A DNA stretch of 64,000 nucleotides, from assembly GCF_009914755.1 (NCBI RefSeq), contig NC_060933.1. One strand, 5' to 3'. The notes beneath the pieces were generated by a model that had not been told where the DNA came from, did no database searches, and saw only the letters and a list, made by a program, of their open reading frames with translations. This DNA comes from the human T2T-CHM13v2.0 reference genome, Homo sapiens. Below are positions 1 through 18,655 of this stretch, in pieces (positions within the stretch are counted from its first letter, which is position 1; each line of letters opens with the position of its first letter). The position numbers and the translations under genes are program-made.

Positions 1-226
1 AATAATTCCCCACTTCTAATCCTAACTAGATTAAATGCAGGAATACAGCCATTAAAAAATTACATAGTCTTCTAAAGAGAAGACTCAATGTTTTCCAATG
101 ATCTGTGCATACCTGAAATCACAGACTATGTTGGATAGGAATATGAAAAGAATATATAGTTCTGTGATAAATGCATACATATAGCTGGAGTGGCTGAGTC
201 TGTGATATAAGACAATAGTCGAACGC

Positions 227-400
227 AGTAGTTTTTAACCAAGAGTTTTGTCCTCAGGGGACATTTCATGGTGTCTGGAGTTAGTCTGTTTGTCAAGACT
301 GAGTTGGTTGGGGGCCTGGAATAGCAAGGAAGTCAACTGAATCAAGATCTAGTGAGTAGAGGCCAAGAAATTGCTGATAAACACTTGTAATAAAAGTATT
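227..400 (+). mobile_element. MER20-like hAT-Charlie DNA transposon (MITE) remnant
   Basis: Collinear with the MER20 consensus: cagtagtttttaacc...tttgtcctcaggggacattt...gtctggag...tttgtcaagact...atctagtgagtagaggccaagaaattgctg. The 3' end is degraded. Confidence 0.65.
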
Positions 401-791
401 GCTGATCAAAAAACACTGCTAATCTTCCAGTTTGTTCAAGTTCTAATTGTTTCATGTTACCACTAACAGAAAAAAATCAGAAGAGAGAAATATTAAGTAG
501 GATACTTACATAGAAAATGTAGAGATTGAAAAGATACTGAGAAAAGCATATCTCAAAACTATTATTTCCATCTAGCTAAAGCCAAAGAAAAGGTTATTTT
601 TTTAACATTGAGATAAAATGTTACTAATAGTTATACATAAAGAGATAATCTAAAATCCTGAATTATTTTTAAAGAAAAAATTGGAAATATATATTAGAAC
701 CATCAATAGGAATTATTTATTGGTGGTTCAAATATATGAAACATTAAGTTTTACAAAATTAAAAATACAATGCAAAGATAGGATTAAAGAA

Positions 792-1093
792 GGCTGGGCA
801 TGGCTCATGCCTGTAATCCCAGCACTTTGGGAGGCCAAGGCTGGTGGATCACCTGAGGACAGGAGTGGAAGACCAGCCCGACCAACATGGCAAAACCCCG
901 TCTCTACTGAAAATACAGAAATTAGCCGGGTGTGGTGTCACACACCTGTCATGCCAGCTGCTTAGGAGGCTGAGGCAGGAGAATTACTTAAACCCAGGTG
1001 GTAGATAGAGATTGCAGTGACCCAAGATGGCGCCACTGCATTCCAGCCTGGGCAGCAAAGCGAGACTCCGTCTCAAAAAACAAACAAACAAAT
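792..1093 (+). mobile_element. Alu SINE (AluS, probably Sx)
   Basis: Dimeric Alu from ggctgggcatggctcatgcctgtaatccc to gagactccgtctc with an A/CAAA tail. Perfect 16-bp TSD aaagataggattaaag at 774-789 and 1094-1109. Confidence 0.97.
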
Positions 1094-3378
1094 AAAGATA
1101 GGATTAAAGGAGAGTATAGTGCTAACTTGTTTCTCAGATCTGCCTTCTTATGAGATTTAGTACTGGGCTTACAAACCTGTGGAATGCTGAGGGGCAGGAA
1201 ATGGTAGGAGGCTCTGGAAGCTTCCACCCTGTCCTGGGCTGGATAGAGCTCCAGAGTAGGGAGGCTGGTCAGGTGCTCACTGGAGCGATGAACAGCCTTC
1301 TAAGCCAGAGACATCACACTTTTTGACTTTCCTTCTTGTGATGTGCTTGTGGAGGGAGAAATCTAAACTGGAACCTGATGTCAGGTCTTCTAGAAAATGA
1401 GTTTTGACCCTTCCAGTGCTGAGACATAGTGAAAAGCGTGCAAGTGCACGGGTGTGATGCAAGAAGTCACTAGGTTATCCAGTACTCTGATGTTAATACA
1501 ATTAAGGAGTAGAGATTGTTGCTCCTAGAATGGTGTAATTTCCCCTTTCCAGCTTAGAATATAGAGCAATTAATCTTTAAATAACCTAAGCTTCTGACTC
1601 TTAGATTGCCCATGACAAAAAAAAAAAAAGAAAAAAATAGAAAAAGAAAATGTACTTTGTATTAGGTTTGGTACGAAGTCAGTACTTGGTATATAAATGT
1701 TAAAATCATGCATGTTTTTAAAACATCCACAATTTTAATGAAATTTTCATAAGAATGCATTTAAAAAATAAAATTACACTCCTGTTCCGTCTGTACATTG
1801 CCTTACAATGTCTAAAACCATTATTTCCTGTCTTAAGCCACCATTGCAGCCTACAGGACAAAACCAAGATTCCCTTGCTGTTGCCGGAAGCACTCCGCCC
1901 TCTGATCTCCAATTCTCAAATAAATGGGGCATTGATCCATTGCTCTGTGTGAGTTAATGCCCTAGAATTATGCTTATCTGCTTATCTCCCTGGGTTCCTT
2001 CTTACAGACAAATTTCTGTCTCAGTCTTTGGTGCCAGTATATGTATTTTATTTTCTATTTTTTTTTTTTTCTGGAATGGAATGTTTCACCACTGAACCAC
2101 AGTGTTTCTGAGACTTATTATCTTTGCGATCCTTTCAATTTCTTCATGCTTTCCCTCAACTTCCTGAAATCCTGTAGTTTATCAGTGACTTGGAACATTA
2201 TTAACTGCTTTGTAGGAGGAGACTTGATAAGCATTCTTAAAAAGATGAGGTTAATTTTTCATCTAGAGTTCTGAGAGGCTATGGAGTAGGAATATTCAGG
2301 GTTTCCCTGAGCTGTGGGGCTCAGAACGAAGGAGAAATAAAACCCACCTCCCAAGGGAAAAAATAGGCTTAGCAAGAAAGGGCTTGTGGAAAAGGTCTGC
2401 CGCTGAAGTCATGAGACAGAACAGATGAATTTGGGAAGTGGGACATTGGATATCACCTGGTCTAGCAGGAGACAAGACAGGAGACTTGTAAAATGTTACA
2501 GAGTAGACCCAAGAAAGAGAAAGAAGTATTAGTGAGGTACATTTGGTTAGTGGCATTTATAGGATGTTAATTGTCAGCACTTCCTATGCTTGAAAAAAAT
2601 AGAGATTTGGAGGGTTGAAACACTTTTGCCAGTATACTAATACGCTGCTTTGTAATTTATCTCCAACATTTGTCTTTAATTCAGGTCTTTGCTTCTATCA
2701 TAACTTGTAGCTTGACCAGATAGCCATTTCCAAAGTATCACTCCTATTCTCTGCCCAATCCTACAACAGTTCCAACTCCATTTATAGCTTATGACTAGAA
2801 ACATGTTTTAACAGAAATAAAAATGCAGATTTTTATAGTTTATTTCAGTGATCTTTCTGAGAAGCGTAAAAGCAAAATTAAAAAACAAAGGCAAATATAT
2901 GGAAAATTTATCAGTAGAAAATACAAAGGAGAACATAAAAACAGTGGTGTTTCTTTAGAATGATTGGAGTATGGAAATATGGGTAAAAGTAACTGATTAG
3001 AATCTCTGTCAAACTACTAATGATTATCATATTAACCAGTTTGGGACATATATCTATTTATGACCATCCAATAAAAAAGGCTTACACAAATAAATTGGTC
3101 GAATATAATCTCATTAATTTTATACCTCTTTATATTGTAAAATCATACTTTCATATTGTATTATTATAGTGTTTTGATTCCTACTCTTTCCACTTTTATA
3201 TTGTTTATTCTTTGTATTCTTTATATTTAAACCCCACTATTTACCTGTTTACATTTTTAATCAAACTCATCACAGCCACTTCTTTCAATTTATATTATGT
3301 TATTTTTCAGTTATAGCTATCTTGTATTTCTTCTCTCAATCTAAACACCAAATTTCTTCATGGATTTTTTTCCTTTAG

Positions 3379-3708
<330 letters not shown>

Positions 3709-4970
3709 TCATTCTAAGACTCTTAAGTCAATGTCAAAGCAGTGCTACCTCCAATTTTTTGCTATGGGGCTTAAGGCACACTCTTCTGTAAAGAGCTATT
3801 TTAGATTCAAAGTTTGCAATAGATTTTTTATTTTCCTGTTTTTGTCTCTTTTGTTCGGAAAGATAATACATTTTACATTTTTCCCTATTAGATAATGTTT
3901 ATTTGCAGTATTAACTGTATTCACAAAAATGGACAAATTACCTAATGTAAGCTTGCCTTTTTAAGGTAATCTAGGAGTTTTTTTTTTTTTAAGGAAAACT
4001 CAAGGTATCAAAATATTATCTGAGTTTTTCTGCCATAGCTACTCTTTCTCAAGTTAGATAAAATTTGTACAATAATGTGCCATAGAGAAGTCTACATACT
4101 AATATTCTAATTTCTTAGAAGTAACATTATTTTTACCAAGAAAATAAGAGTGAAAGATCAAAGTATAAATATCTAGAAAAAAGAAAAATATAGCAACCAT
4201 GAAATGAGGGCTTTTTTAAAAAAATCAGCTAAGTCTTCATGATATATTATATGATCCCTCAGGTATTACATGTCAGAACAATTGAGGAAAGGGAACAATT
4301 TAAAAAGTTGTCAGACTGTGCCATCTTTAGGGTCCACAGATACAGAAAATGTAATTGAAGCAATGAAGTTAGTAGAATATGGAAATAACATTGAAATGTC
4401 ATATTTAACCATCATATACTGAGATGAATGATGCTGCCTCTCTTCTCCCAGATGAAGAGAGTGTTATGCATTCTCAAAGAAAACTTAAGTATTCGAAAGA
4501 TGATTCTGTTGTTAGAATAAGGAAATGTGGTCCTCCATCTTGTCCCATAGAGGAATGTAGTCACAGCTGTCTTTCCTTTCCTTCTCACTTCACTTGCCAC
4601 GTTGATAGAGAAACTCCTTTAAGCTTCCCGAAAACTTGAAACTTGCTTGATCACACTTAGCCCTAATCCGACATATTCAAACTCAATCTACTCTGTCACC
4701 TCAACTCCTCAAAGAATGAAATTGAATGTTTCCTTGATGCACAAGGTGTTTGTATGTGGTTGTTCACTGGTGGGGAACAGGAATACAGTAACACAGAAAG
4801 GGAAATTCTTAGTTCAATTGCAACAGATTATTGGTAAACTATTGTATCATCTGGTTTAACAGGCTCAAAGGAAAGGGGCATCTTTAGCAACAGGCATGTG
4901 AGACTTTTGCAGTATATTTTATTTTTCTGTGAATAGAACTCCCAATTATAATATGTAATTTTATTGTTTT

Positions 4971-7409
<2,439 letters not shown>

Positions 7410-8960
7410 TAGGAGGTATCTCCCTCTTCAATTTCTCATAATAAAAAGATAACTTTTAAACACTGAATGAGATTTCATAAGGAAAGGAAATTTCCAACTT
7501 CAGTTTTCTTATGTGAAATCTTCTGTTAATTAAACTTCCTAAAATAATTATCTGCTCAAGAGTGATGGCTAGATAATGTGTTCATGAAAAATAATCTAGG
7601 CCCTTGAGCAAAGTAATATATTCAGCCCAAAAATAATTAGAGAATGGGAGTTATTGGAACTATTACAAGATAAAAAAGATATATTGAAAGCAGATCCACA
7701 TTTTATTTTACATGTATTTGCATAAATACACACAAGTACATATATAAAATCTCAATCTTTTTCAGTCTATATAGCCATTTACTTTTTATTATTGTTTGAT
7801 GAATAATTTAAAAAGATAAATGATCAAGTATTCCTACCTGTATGTTTACAGATTTATACTCCTTCATTTTTTAAAGGTTGAATTTAAAGGTTAAATTTCA
7901 GAAAAATCCATTGAATCCTTTAAATCCATAGAATATTTTCAATGACATTTGAAAAGTTAAGATACCGCTACCTGAGTTAAACATGATAAATTATAAGAAA
8001 CAAAACCATCAGGTCACAACTGAATAAGACCTCATAATTACTGCTAAATTTCTTCAATTCCCAAGTCCAAATATTCTAAACTTTCATATGTTAGATGTGT
8101 CCACTGTATTTAGATGTCAATGGGCTTATTCAGGATTAGGGTGAAAATGAAAGTACTGGCTACTAGCTATGGAAGAACAATAAATTTTACTGAAAGAAGA
8201 ATAAATTTGCATGTTGTTGAATACTATAATTCAATATAATAATAAAAATTATAGCCAGCCTAATCTTGAAGACCAACCCTTCAGTCACATTTACTTGCCA
8301 AGCTCACATTTACTTGTCATGTTTATTTGGAGATGAATACATATACCAATACAATTGAATAAACATACTTTTAATTAATTGACAAATTGGTATTTTTTAA
8401 TGAAAAATAGGATCATGATAAATAATAATAACAGCTATCCTTGTTCTGGGGAGAAAAGGTAGCCAAATACAAATTTAATACTCTAAATTTAACTACATGA
8501 AAAAATTTTAAAAATTATACATACATATTAGAAATTGCATTTGACAAAATGTATTTGGAAGAGACAGGATTTTAAAAATAACATTAGGTTATTGAGGTGA
8601 CATCCCTAAACCTTTGAATTCATTATCGTGAAAGGGAATTTGTAAATTCTCTCAAATAATATCATTACATATTATTGTCAAGAGACAAAACAGTACTGGA
8701 TTTTATAAATTATTGCTAATGTTTATTGTAGTTATGAATGTCTTTGTATCTAAAAAAATTCCAAAAGTCAAAATACATAAAATTGTTTTAACTTTAATTA
8801 GTACATTCAGTGCATGACTCCTTCTGGTAAAAACGTAATGAAACACATTAGGAGCTCCAGTCAAGTTCATATAATATCATCAAAAGGCAAACAATGTCTT
8901 TAAGAAGAAAAATGTATGAAAGTTATGGAATCAAAACATTTTATGCCAGAAAGACACAAA

Positions 8961-8972
8961 CATGCGCGCGTG

Positions 8973-9020
<48 letters not shown>
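8961..9020. repeat. (CG)n/(CA)n compound microsatellite
   Basis: catgcgcgcgtgcacacacaca... is a largely alternating purine-pyrimidine run. Confidence 0.9.
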
Positions 9021-9818
9021 TTACATGGATAGTTCATAGTTGCCATTATCCGTGAGAGAAGTAATTGTGGTTTGAGTGAATTGGGAGGAAGATTAAGAAA
9101 GAATCCATTTTCTGTGATCTTTTGTACAACGTCAAAGCAACTTACTGAATTTTTGCCTTTTTTTTTCAATCTGTACTCTGCAAAGCAAGGACTTGATATA
9201 TTTTGAAGCAAATATTTCTTTTATCTTCCTTGTCATCTTGGCTACTTTGCTTTTGGGGAGGTGAACATACCTTTTGTGATGAAGATCTGTTTGATCTGAG
9301 CAAAGGATCCTTATAAAGCTATTAACTCTTCAAAGAGGATATCTTTCCAGCACACCAATGAAAACATAAGTCTCAAAAATGCTCTTCAAACCTTTCATTC
9401 TATATTTTGCTTTGTACTCTGATAAAGAGAATCATAAGTTCAATTACTTAATCATTATTCAATAATCTATTATTCATTACTTTTTTACTAATATGATTTT
9501 AATGAAGAAACTTACTATCCTTAAGTATAAAAATATGTAACAGATTTATTCTCCAATAACTGTTTTTAGCTATGTTCTGTCAAATTCCCTTTTATTTTAT
9601 TTTATTTTATTATTATTATACTTTAAGTTTTAGGTTACATGTGCACAATGTGCAGGTTAGTTACATATGTATACATGTGCCATGCTGGTGTGCTGCACCC
9701 ATTAACTCGTCATTTAGCATTAGGTATATCTCCTAATGTATCCCTCCGCCCTGCCCCCACCCCACCACAGGCCCCAGAGTGTGATGTTCCCCTTCCTGTG
9801 TCCATGTGTTCTCATTGT

Positions 9819-13599
<3,781 letters not shown>

Positions 13600-13662
13600 T
13601 ATGATGTTAGCTGGTTATTTTGCTCGTTAGTTGATGCAGTTTCTTCCTAGTCTTGATGGTCT

Positions 13663-14679
13663 TTACATTTTGGCATGATTTTGCAGTGGCTGGTACCGGT
13701 TGTTCCTTTCCATGTTTAGCGCTTCCTTCAGGAGCTCTTGTAGGGCAGGCCTGGTGGTGACAAAATCTCTCGGCATTTGCTTGTCTGTAAGGGATTTTAT
13801 TTCTCCTTCACTTATGAAGCTCAGTTTGGCTGGATATAAAATTCTGGGTTGAAAATTCTTTTCTTTAAGAATGTTGAATATTGGTCCCCACTCTCTTCTG
13901 GCTTGTAGAATTTCTGCCGAGAGATCCGCTGTTAGTCTGATGGATTTCCCTTTGTGGGTAACCCGACCTTTCTCTCTGGCTGCCCTTAACATTTTTTCCT
14001 TCATTTCAACTTTGGTGAATCTGACAATTATGTGTCTTGGAGTTGCTCTTCTCGAGGAGTATCTTTGTGGCGTTCTCTGTATTTCCTGAATCTGAATGTT
14101 GGCCTGCCTTGCTAGATTGGGGAAGTTCTCCTGGATAATATCCTGCAGAGTGTTTTCCAACTTGGTTCCATTCTCCCCGTCACTTTCAGGTACACCAATC
14201 AGACGTAGATTTGGTCTTTTCACATAGTCCCATATTTCTTGGAGGCTTTGTTTGTTTCTTTTTATTCTTTTTACTCTAAACTTCCCTTCTCGCTTCATTT
14301 CATTCATTTCATCTTCCATCACTGATACCCTTTCTTCCAGTTGATCGCATCGGCTCCTGGGGCTTCTGCATTCTTCACGTAGTTCTCGAGCCTTGGCTTT
14401 CAGCTCCATCAGCTCCTTTAAGCACTTCTCTGTATTGGTTATTCTAGTTATACATTCGTCTAAATTTTTTTCGTAGTTTTTAACTTCCTTGCCTTTGGTT
14501 TGAATTGCCTCCTGTAGCTCGGAGTAGTTTGATCATCTGAAGCCTTCTTCTCTTAACTCGTCAAAGTCATTCTCCATCCAGCTTTGTTCCATTGCTGGTG
14601 AGAAACTGCATTCCTTTGGAGGAGGAGAGGCGCTCTCCTTTTTAGAGTTTCCAGTTTTTCTGCTCTGTTTTTTCCCCAT
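13663..14679 (-). pseudogene. L1 ORF1p (RNA chaperone), full 1017-bp frame with one nonsense codon
   Basis: ATG at 14679 (MGKKQSRKTGNSK...) to the stop at 13663 gives 338 codons plus stop. Hand translation shows TGA at codon 49 (14533-14535, CGA>TGA). The rest is open and matches the track ORF 13663-14409. Confidence 0.95.
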
Positions 14680-15713
14680 CTTTGTGGTTTTATCTACTTT
14701 TGGTCTTTGATGATGGTGATGTACAGATGGGTTTTTGGTGTGGTTGTCCTTTCTGTTTGTTAGTTTTCCTTCTAACAGACAGGACCGTCAGCTGCAGGTC
14801 TGTTGGAGTTTGCTAGAGGTCCACTCCAGACCCTGTTTGCCTGGGTATCAGCAGCAGTGGCTGCAGAACAGTGGATTTTCATGAACCAGGAATGCTGCTG
14901 TCTGATCGTTCCTCCGGAAGTTTTGTCTCAGAGGAGTACCCAGCCGTGTGAGGTGTCAGTCTGCCCCTACTGGGGAGTGCCTCCCAGTTAGGCTGCTCGG
15001 GGGTCAGGGGTCAGGGTCCCACTTGAGGAGGCAGTCTGCCTGTTCGCAGAACTCCAGCTGCGTGCTGGGAGAACCACTGCTCTCTTCAAAGCTCGCAGGG
15101 ACATTTAATTCTGCAGAAGTTACTTCTGTCTTTTTATTTCTCTGTGCCCTGCCCCCAGAGGTGGAGCCTACAGAGGCAGGCAGGCCTCCTTGAGCTGTGG
15201 TGGGCTTCACCCAGTTCGAGCTTCCCGGCTGCTTTGATTACCTAAGCAAGCCTGGGCAATGGCGGGCGCCCCTCCCCAAGCCTCGCTGCCGCCTTGCAGT
15301 TTGATCTCAGACTGCTGTGCTAGCAGTCAGCGAGACTTCGTGGGCTTAGGACCCTCTGAGCCACGTGAGGGATATAATCTCCTGGTGTGCCATTTTTTAA
15401 GCCCGTCAGAAAAGCACAGTGTTCGGGTGGGAGTGACCAGATTTTCCACGTGCCATCTGTCACCCCTTTCTTTGACTAGGAAAGGGAACTCCCTGACCCC
15501 TTGCACTTCCCAAGTGTGGCAGTGCCTCGCCCTGCTTCTGCTTGCCCACAGTGCGCTACACCCACTGTCCTGCGCCCACTGTCTGGCACTCCCTAGTGAG
15601 ATGAACCCGGTACCTCAGATGGAAATGCAGAAATCACCCGTCTTCTGCGTTGCTCACGCTGGGAGCTGTAGACCGGAGCTGTGCCTGTTCGGCCATCTTG
15701 GCTCGCACCCCCC
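14680..15713 (-). promoter_or_regulatory. L1 5'UTR internal sense promoter plus antisense promoter; YY1 site at 15691-15701
   Basis: Canonical L1PA 5'UTR sequence. CCAAGATGGCC on minus at the 5' end. Many CpGs are decayed. Confidence 0.85.
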
Positions 15714-15732
15714 ACCTTTTCTTATCTCTTAG
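15259..15732 (+). CDS. L1 antisense ORF0-homologous frame, 157 aa, running out of the element into flanking DNA
   Basis: MAGAPPQASLPPCSLISDCCAS... is the recognisable ORF0 N-terminus, with strong Kozak context gcaATGG. Expression is not demonstrated. Confidence 0.55.
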   Translation: MAGAPPQASLPPCSLISDCCASSQRDFVGLGPSEPREGYNLLVCHFLSPSEKHSVRVGVTRFSTCHLSPLSLTRKGNSLTPCTSQVWQCLALLLLAHSALHPLSCAHCLALPSEMNPVPQMEMQKSPVFCVAHAGSCRPELCLFGHLGSHPPPFLIS

Positions 15733-16127
15733 CAACAGCTTGGGCAGGTCTTACAATGTGTCAGTCTTTTCCAATTACTGAAACTTAGCAAACTTTTAAT
15801 CTTTGATCTCAATGCAAATTCAAAGTTCTCCTCTCTCTCAGTACAGGTTGAGTGTATGGGTTGATGGTTTGGGAACAGGGACTGGAACATATTCTACTCC
15901 TTACCCACCACCATATCTTCCAGGCCTTAGGGATTTTCCAATATAGAATAGAGAGAAGAAAAGAGCAAATATCTCCTCATGAACTATGTGAAGTAGTATT
16001 AGGTTAGTTTTCTCTTTTTCTTGTATTTTGTTTGAACATTTACAATACACTGTTTGTAGCCATGGAAGTCATGGCCACGGAAGCCATATCTCAGGTATTC
16101 AAGTACTGACTGTTGTTTGTGCACCTA

Positions 16128-16519
16128 CAGTCAGTCTCTGACTTAAGATGGCTAGCCTTACAAGTTTTTTGAGTTTACGATGGTGTAAAAGTGATATACA
16201 GTCTATAGAAACCAAACTTCAAGTATTCATTCAACCATTCTGTTTTTCACTTTTAGTACAGTACTCAATAAAGTACATGAGATATTTAACACTTTATTAT
16301 AAACAGGGTTTGTGTTAGGTTATTTTATTGAACTGGAGGCTAACATAAGTGTGCTGAGCATGTGTAAGGTAAGCCAGGCTAAGCTATACATATAATATGT
16401 ATAAAATGAATATGATATTTAGTAGATTAACTCCAACAAATGCATTTTTTACTTATTATATTTTGAATTTATAATGGGTTTATCAGATTGCAATCCCATC
16501 ATCTGTAAAAGAACATTTG
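16128..16519 (-). mobile_element. MER47A (Tigger/pogo-family MITE)
   Basis: Matches the MER47A reverse complement (aaccattctgtttttcacttttagtacagt...taacactttattataa...aggctaagctata). Flanked by TA at 16126-16127 and 16520-16521. Confidence 0.85.
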
Positions 16520-17814
16520 TATGTGGGTTCTTCCCATTGCCTTGAAATAATTATTTATTGCAGTTATCTGCTATGGAAATTCTGGCTTAAAATCCATCTC
16601 TTACCTCTTCCCTCAGGTTAGGATTGATGGTCCATCGTGCAACATTATTTTTGAAAGTTTCTGCAAAATAACTAAAGCCTGGCTACCTTCCATGGTGAAC
16701 ACTAAATCTATAAGAATTTCACAGATTGTTGACAAACCGAAGTATGAAACTACAGGGTATTCCACTGCTACTTCTTCTCTAAGCCCACTTGTCTCCAGTT
16801 TTCCTTTATCTGTTTAGGTAAAACACACACACACAAATGAGCATATATAATGTCTAATTAGATGCCCCGCCCAGAAAAGAAATGTCACTCTACTTCTCTT
16901 TCAGATATTCCCTTCTAATTTTTCCCTCTCACTTGGATTTTGGAAGGCGGTGGGTGATATCTTCCTTTTTTTTTTACCTGGAGAACTTTTCACCACAAAG
17001 ATAACAGGTCAACTGTCTTTCCGTTAGCTCCTGTCCACCATGTATACACAAAGGAGATTTGTAGGGTAGTCAGGTTGAATCAGATATGGCTTAGCAAAAG
17101 CTCTTTGTGAAATCCTGGCAGCTAGTTAATTGTTTCCTTGAAAATGTAAAAATATTTTCTCCCTTTGTGTTTTAGCCACAAATCCAAAACAGTAGAAAAA
17201 ATTCCACTCAACCTGTTAATACAATAATTTTTTTAAGTTCTCCACTCAAATATTATTGAGTTTCATATGGGTACATATTCCTCAAGTGTATTAATCTACA
17301 AAGCCATTGGTTCAAAACGTATTTCTACAATTAGTATTAGAATTCCTAGGTAACGGATTTTTTCAATGTTAAAACTACCAGTATGTTTCTTAGCATATGG
17401 GTTTTAAGTTGAATCACTGTGTCAGACTAAGTGTCAATATTCAACCTAAAATAATTTTGATCAAATGCAATAATTTTATATGATTTGAATGAATATTTGG
17501 AAAAATAAAATGGTTAAATAAACCAAGTATTTAGAAATTATGTAGTAGGTAAATTATGTGTAGGTAAACTATTTGTGTAGGTGAAATTATGTGTGATTAC
17601 AGTACTATGTTTTTTGTTCTTCATATGAAACCTTCTTCTTACCCTTTTCCTGATCTTGGAACTATACTCATATTTCTATTACAAAAAAAGCACATACAAA
17701 ACCACTTTTGACTATTGAGTGCATGCCCTTTGTAAATGAAGGAGAAGAAATCTTGAAAACAGTGTGGAAATATAGATAGATAGACAGATATAGAGACATT
17801 GTGTATATATTTTA

Positions 17815-18325
17815 TATATACACAGTGAAATACTATTCTGCCTTTAAAAAAGAAGATTTTGTCATTTGAAACAACATGGATGAACCTGGAGGACATTATG
17901 TCAAGTGACATAAGCCTGGCACAGAAAGATAGATACCACATGATCTCACTTACATGCAGAATCTGAAAAAGTTAAACTCATAGAAGTGGAGAGTAGAATG
18001 GTGGTTACCAGAGGCTGGTGTTAGGGAGGATGGATGGGGAAAGCAAAGGCATTAATTGAAGGACACAAAATTTCAGTTAGATAGGAGAAACAAATTTGAA
18101 TATTGCACAGAATCATGACCATAATAAATAATAATATATATTTCGATATTGCTGAAAGAACAGATTTTAAATATTTTCACCAAAAAACAACATAAGCATG
18201 TAAGGTAAATGGATTTAATCATTCCACAATATAAACATTTATCAAAACATATTATTGTACCTCACAAATATACAATACATGAAATTATTATTTGTCAATT
18301 AGGATAAAGTTTGAAAATTTAAAAA
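17815..18325 (+). mobile_element. Old L1 3' end (L1MA8/9-like)
   Basis: aacaacatggatgaacctggaggacattatg...gatctcacttacatg...agaatggtggttaccagaggctgg...aaaatttcagttagatagga, ending in an A-rich tract. Confidence 0.85.
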
Positions 18326-18376
18326 ATAGGCATATCCAAGAGAGAGTAAATTAAGGGTTCAAGATATGTGGAGAAT

Positions 18377-18655
18377 GGCCAGACACGGTGTCTCATGCCT
18401 GTAATCCCAGCATATTGGGAGGCCGAGACAGGCAGATTGCCTGAGCTCAGGAGTTTGAGACCAGCCTGGCCAACATGGCGAAACCCTACTTCTATTAAAA
18501 ATCAAAAAATATATCCGGGCATGGTGATGCATGCCTGTAATCCCAGCTACTTGGGCGGCTGAGGCACGAAATCACTTGAGCCTGGGAGGTGGAGTTTGCA
18601 GTGAGCCTAGATTGTGCCACTGCACTCCAGCTTGGGTGACAGAGCAAGATTTTCT
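18377..18655 (+). mobile_element. Alu SINE (AluS) lacking a poly-A tail
   Basis: Complete dimer body from ggccagacacggtg to gggtgacagagcaagattttctc, followed directly by pyrimidine-rich sequence. Confidence 0.93.

Noticed and set aside
681-1227. ORFs containing [12 protein letters not shown] / FFETESR-type peptides (also at 3659, 18368, 24071, 52363)
   Set aside because: These are translations of Alu sequence, not genes.
4412-4859. Cluster of 62-71 aa ORFs in unique sequence
   Set aside because: Short, with no recognisable homology or convincing splice context; expected by chance.
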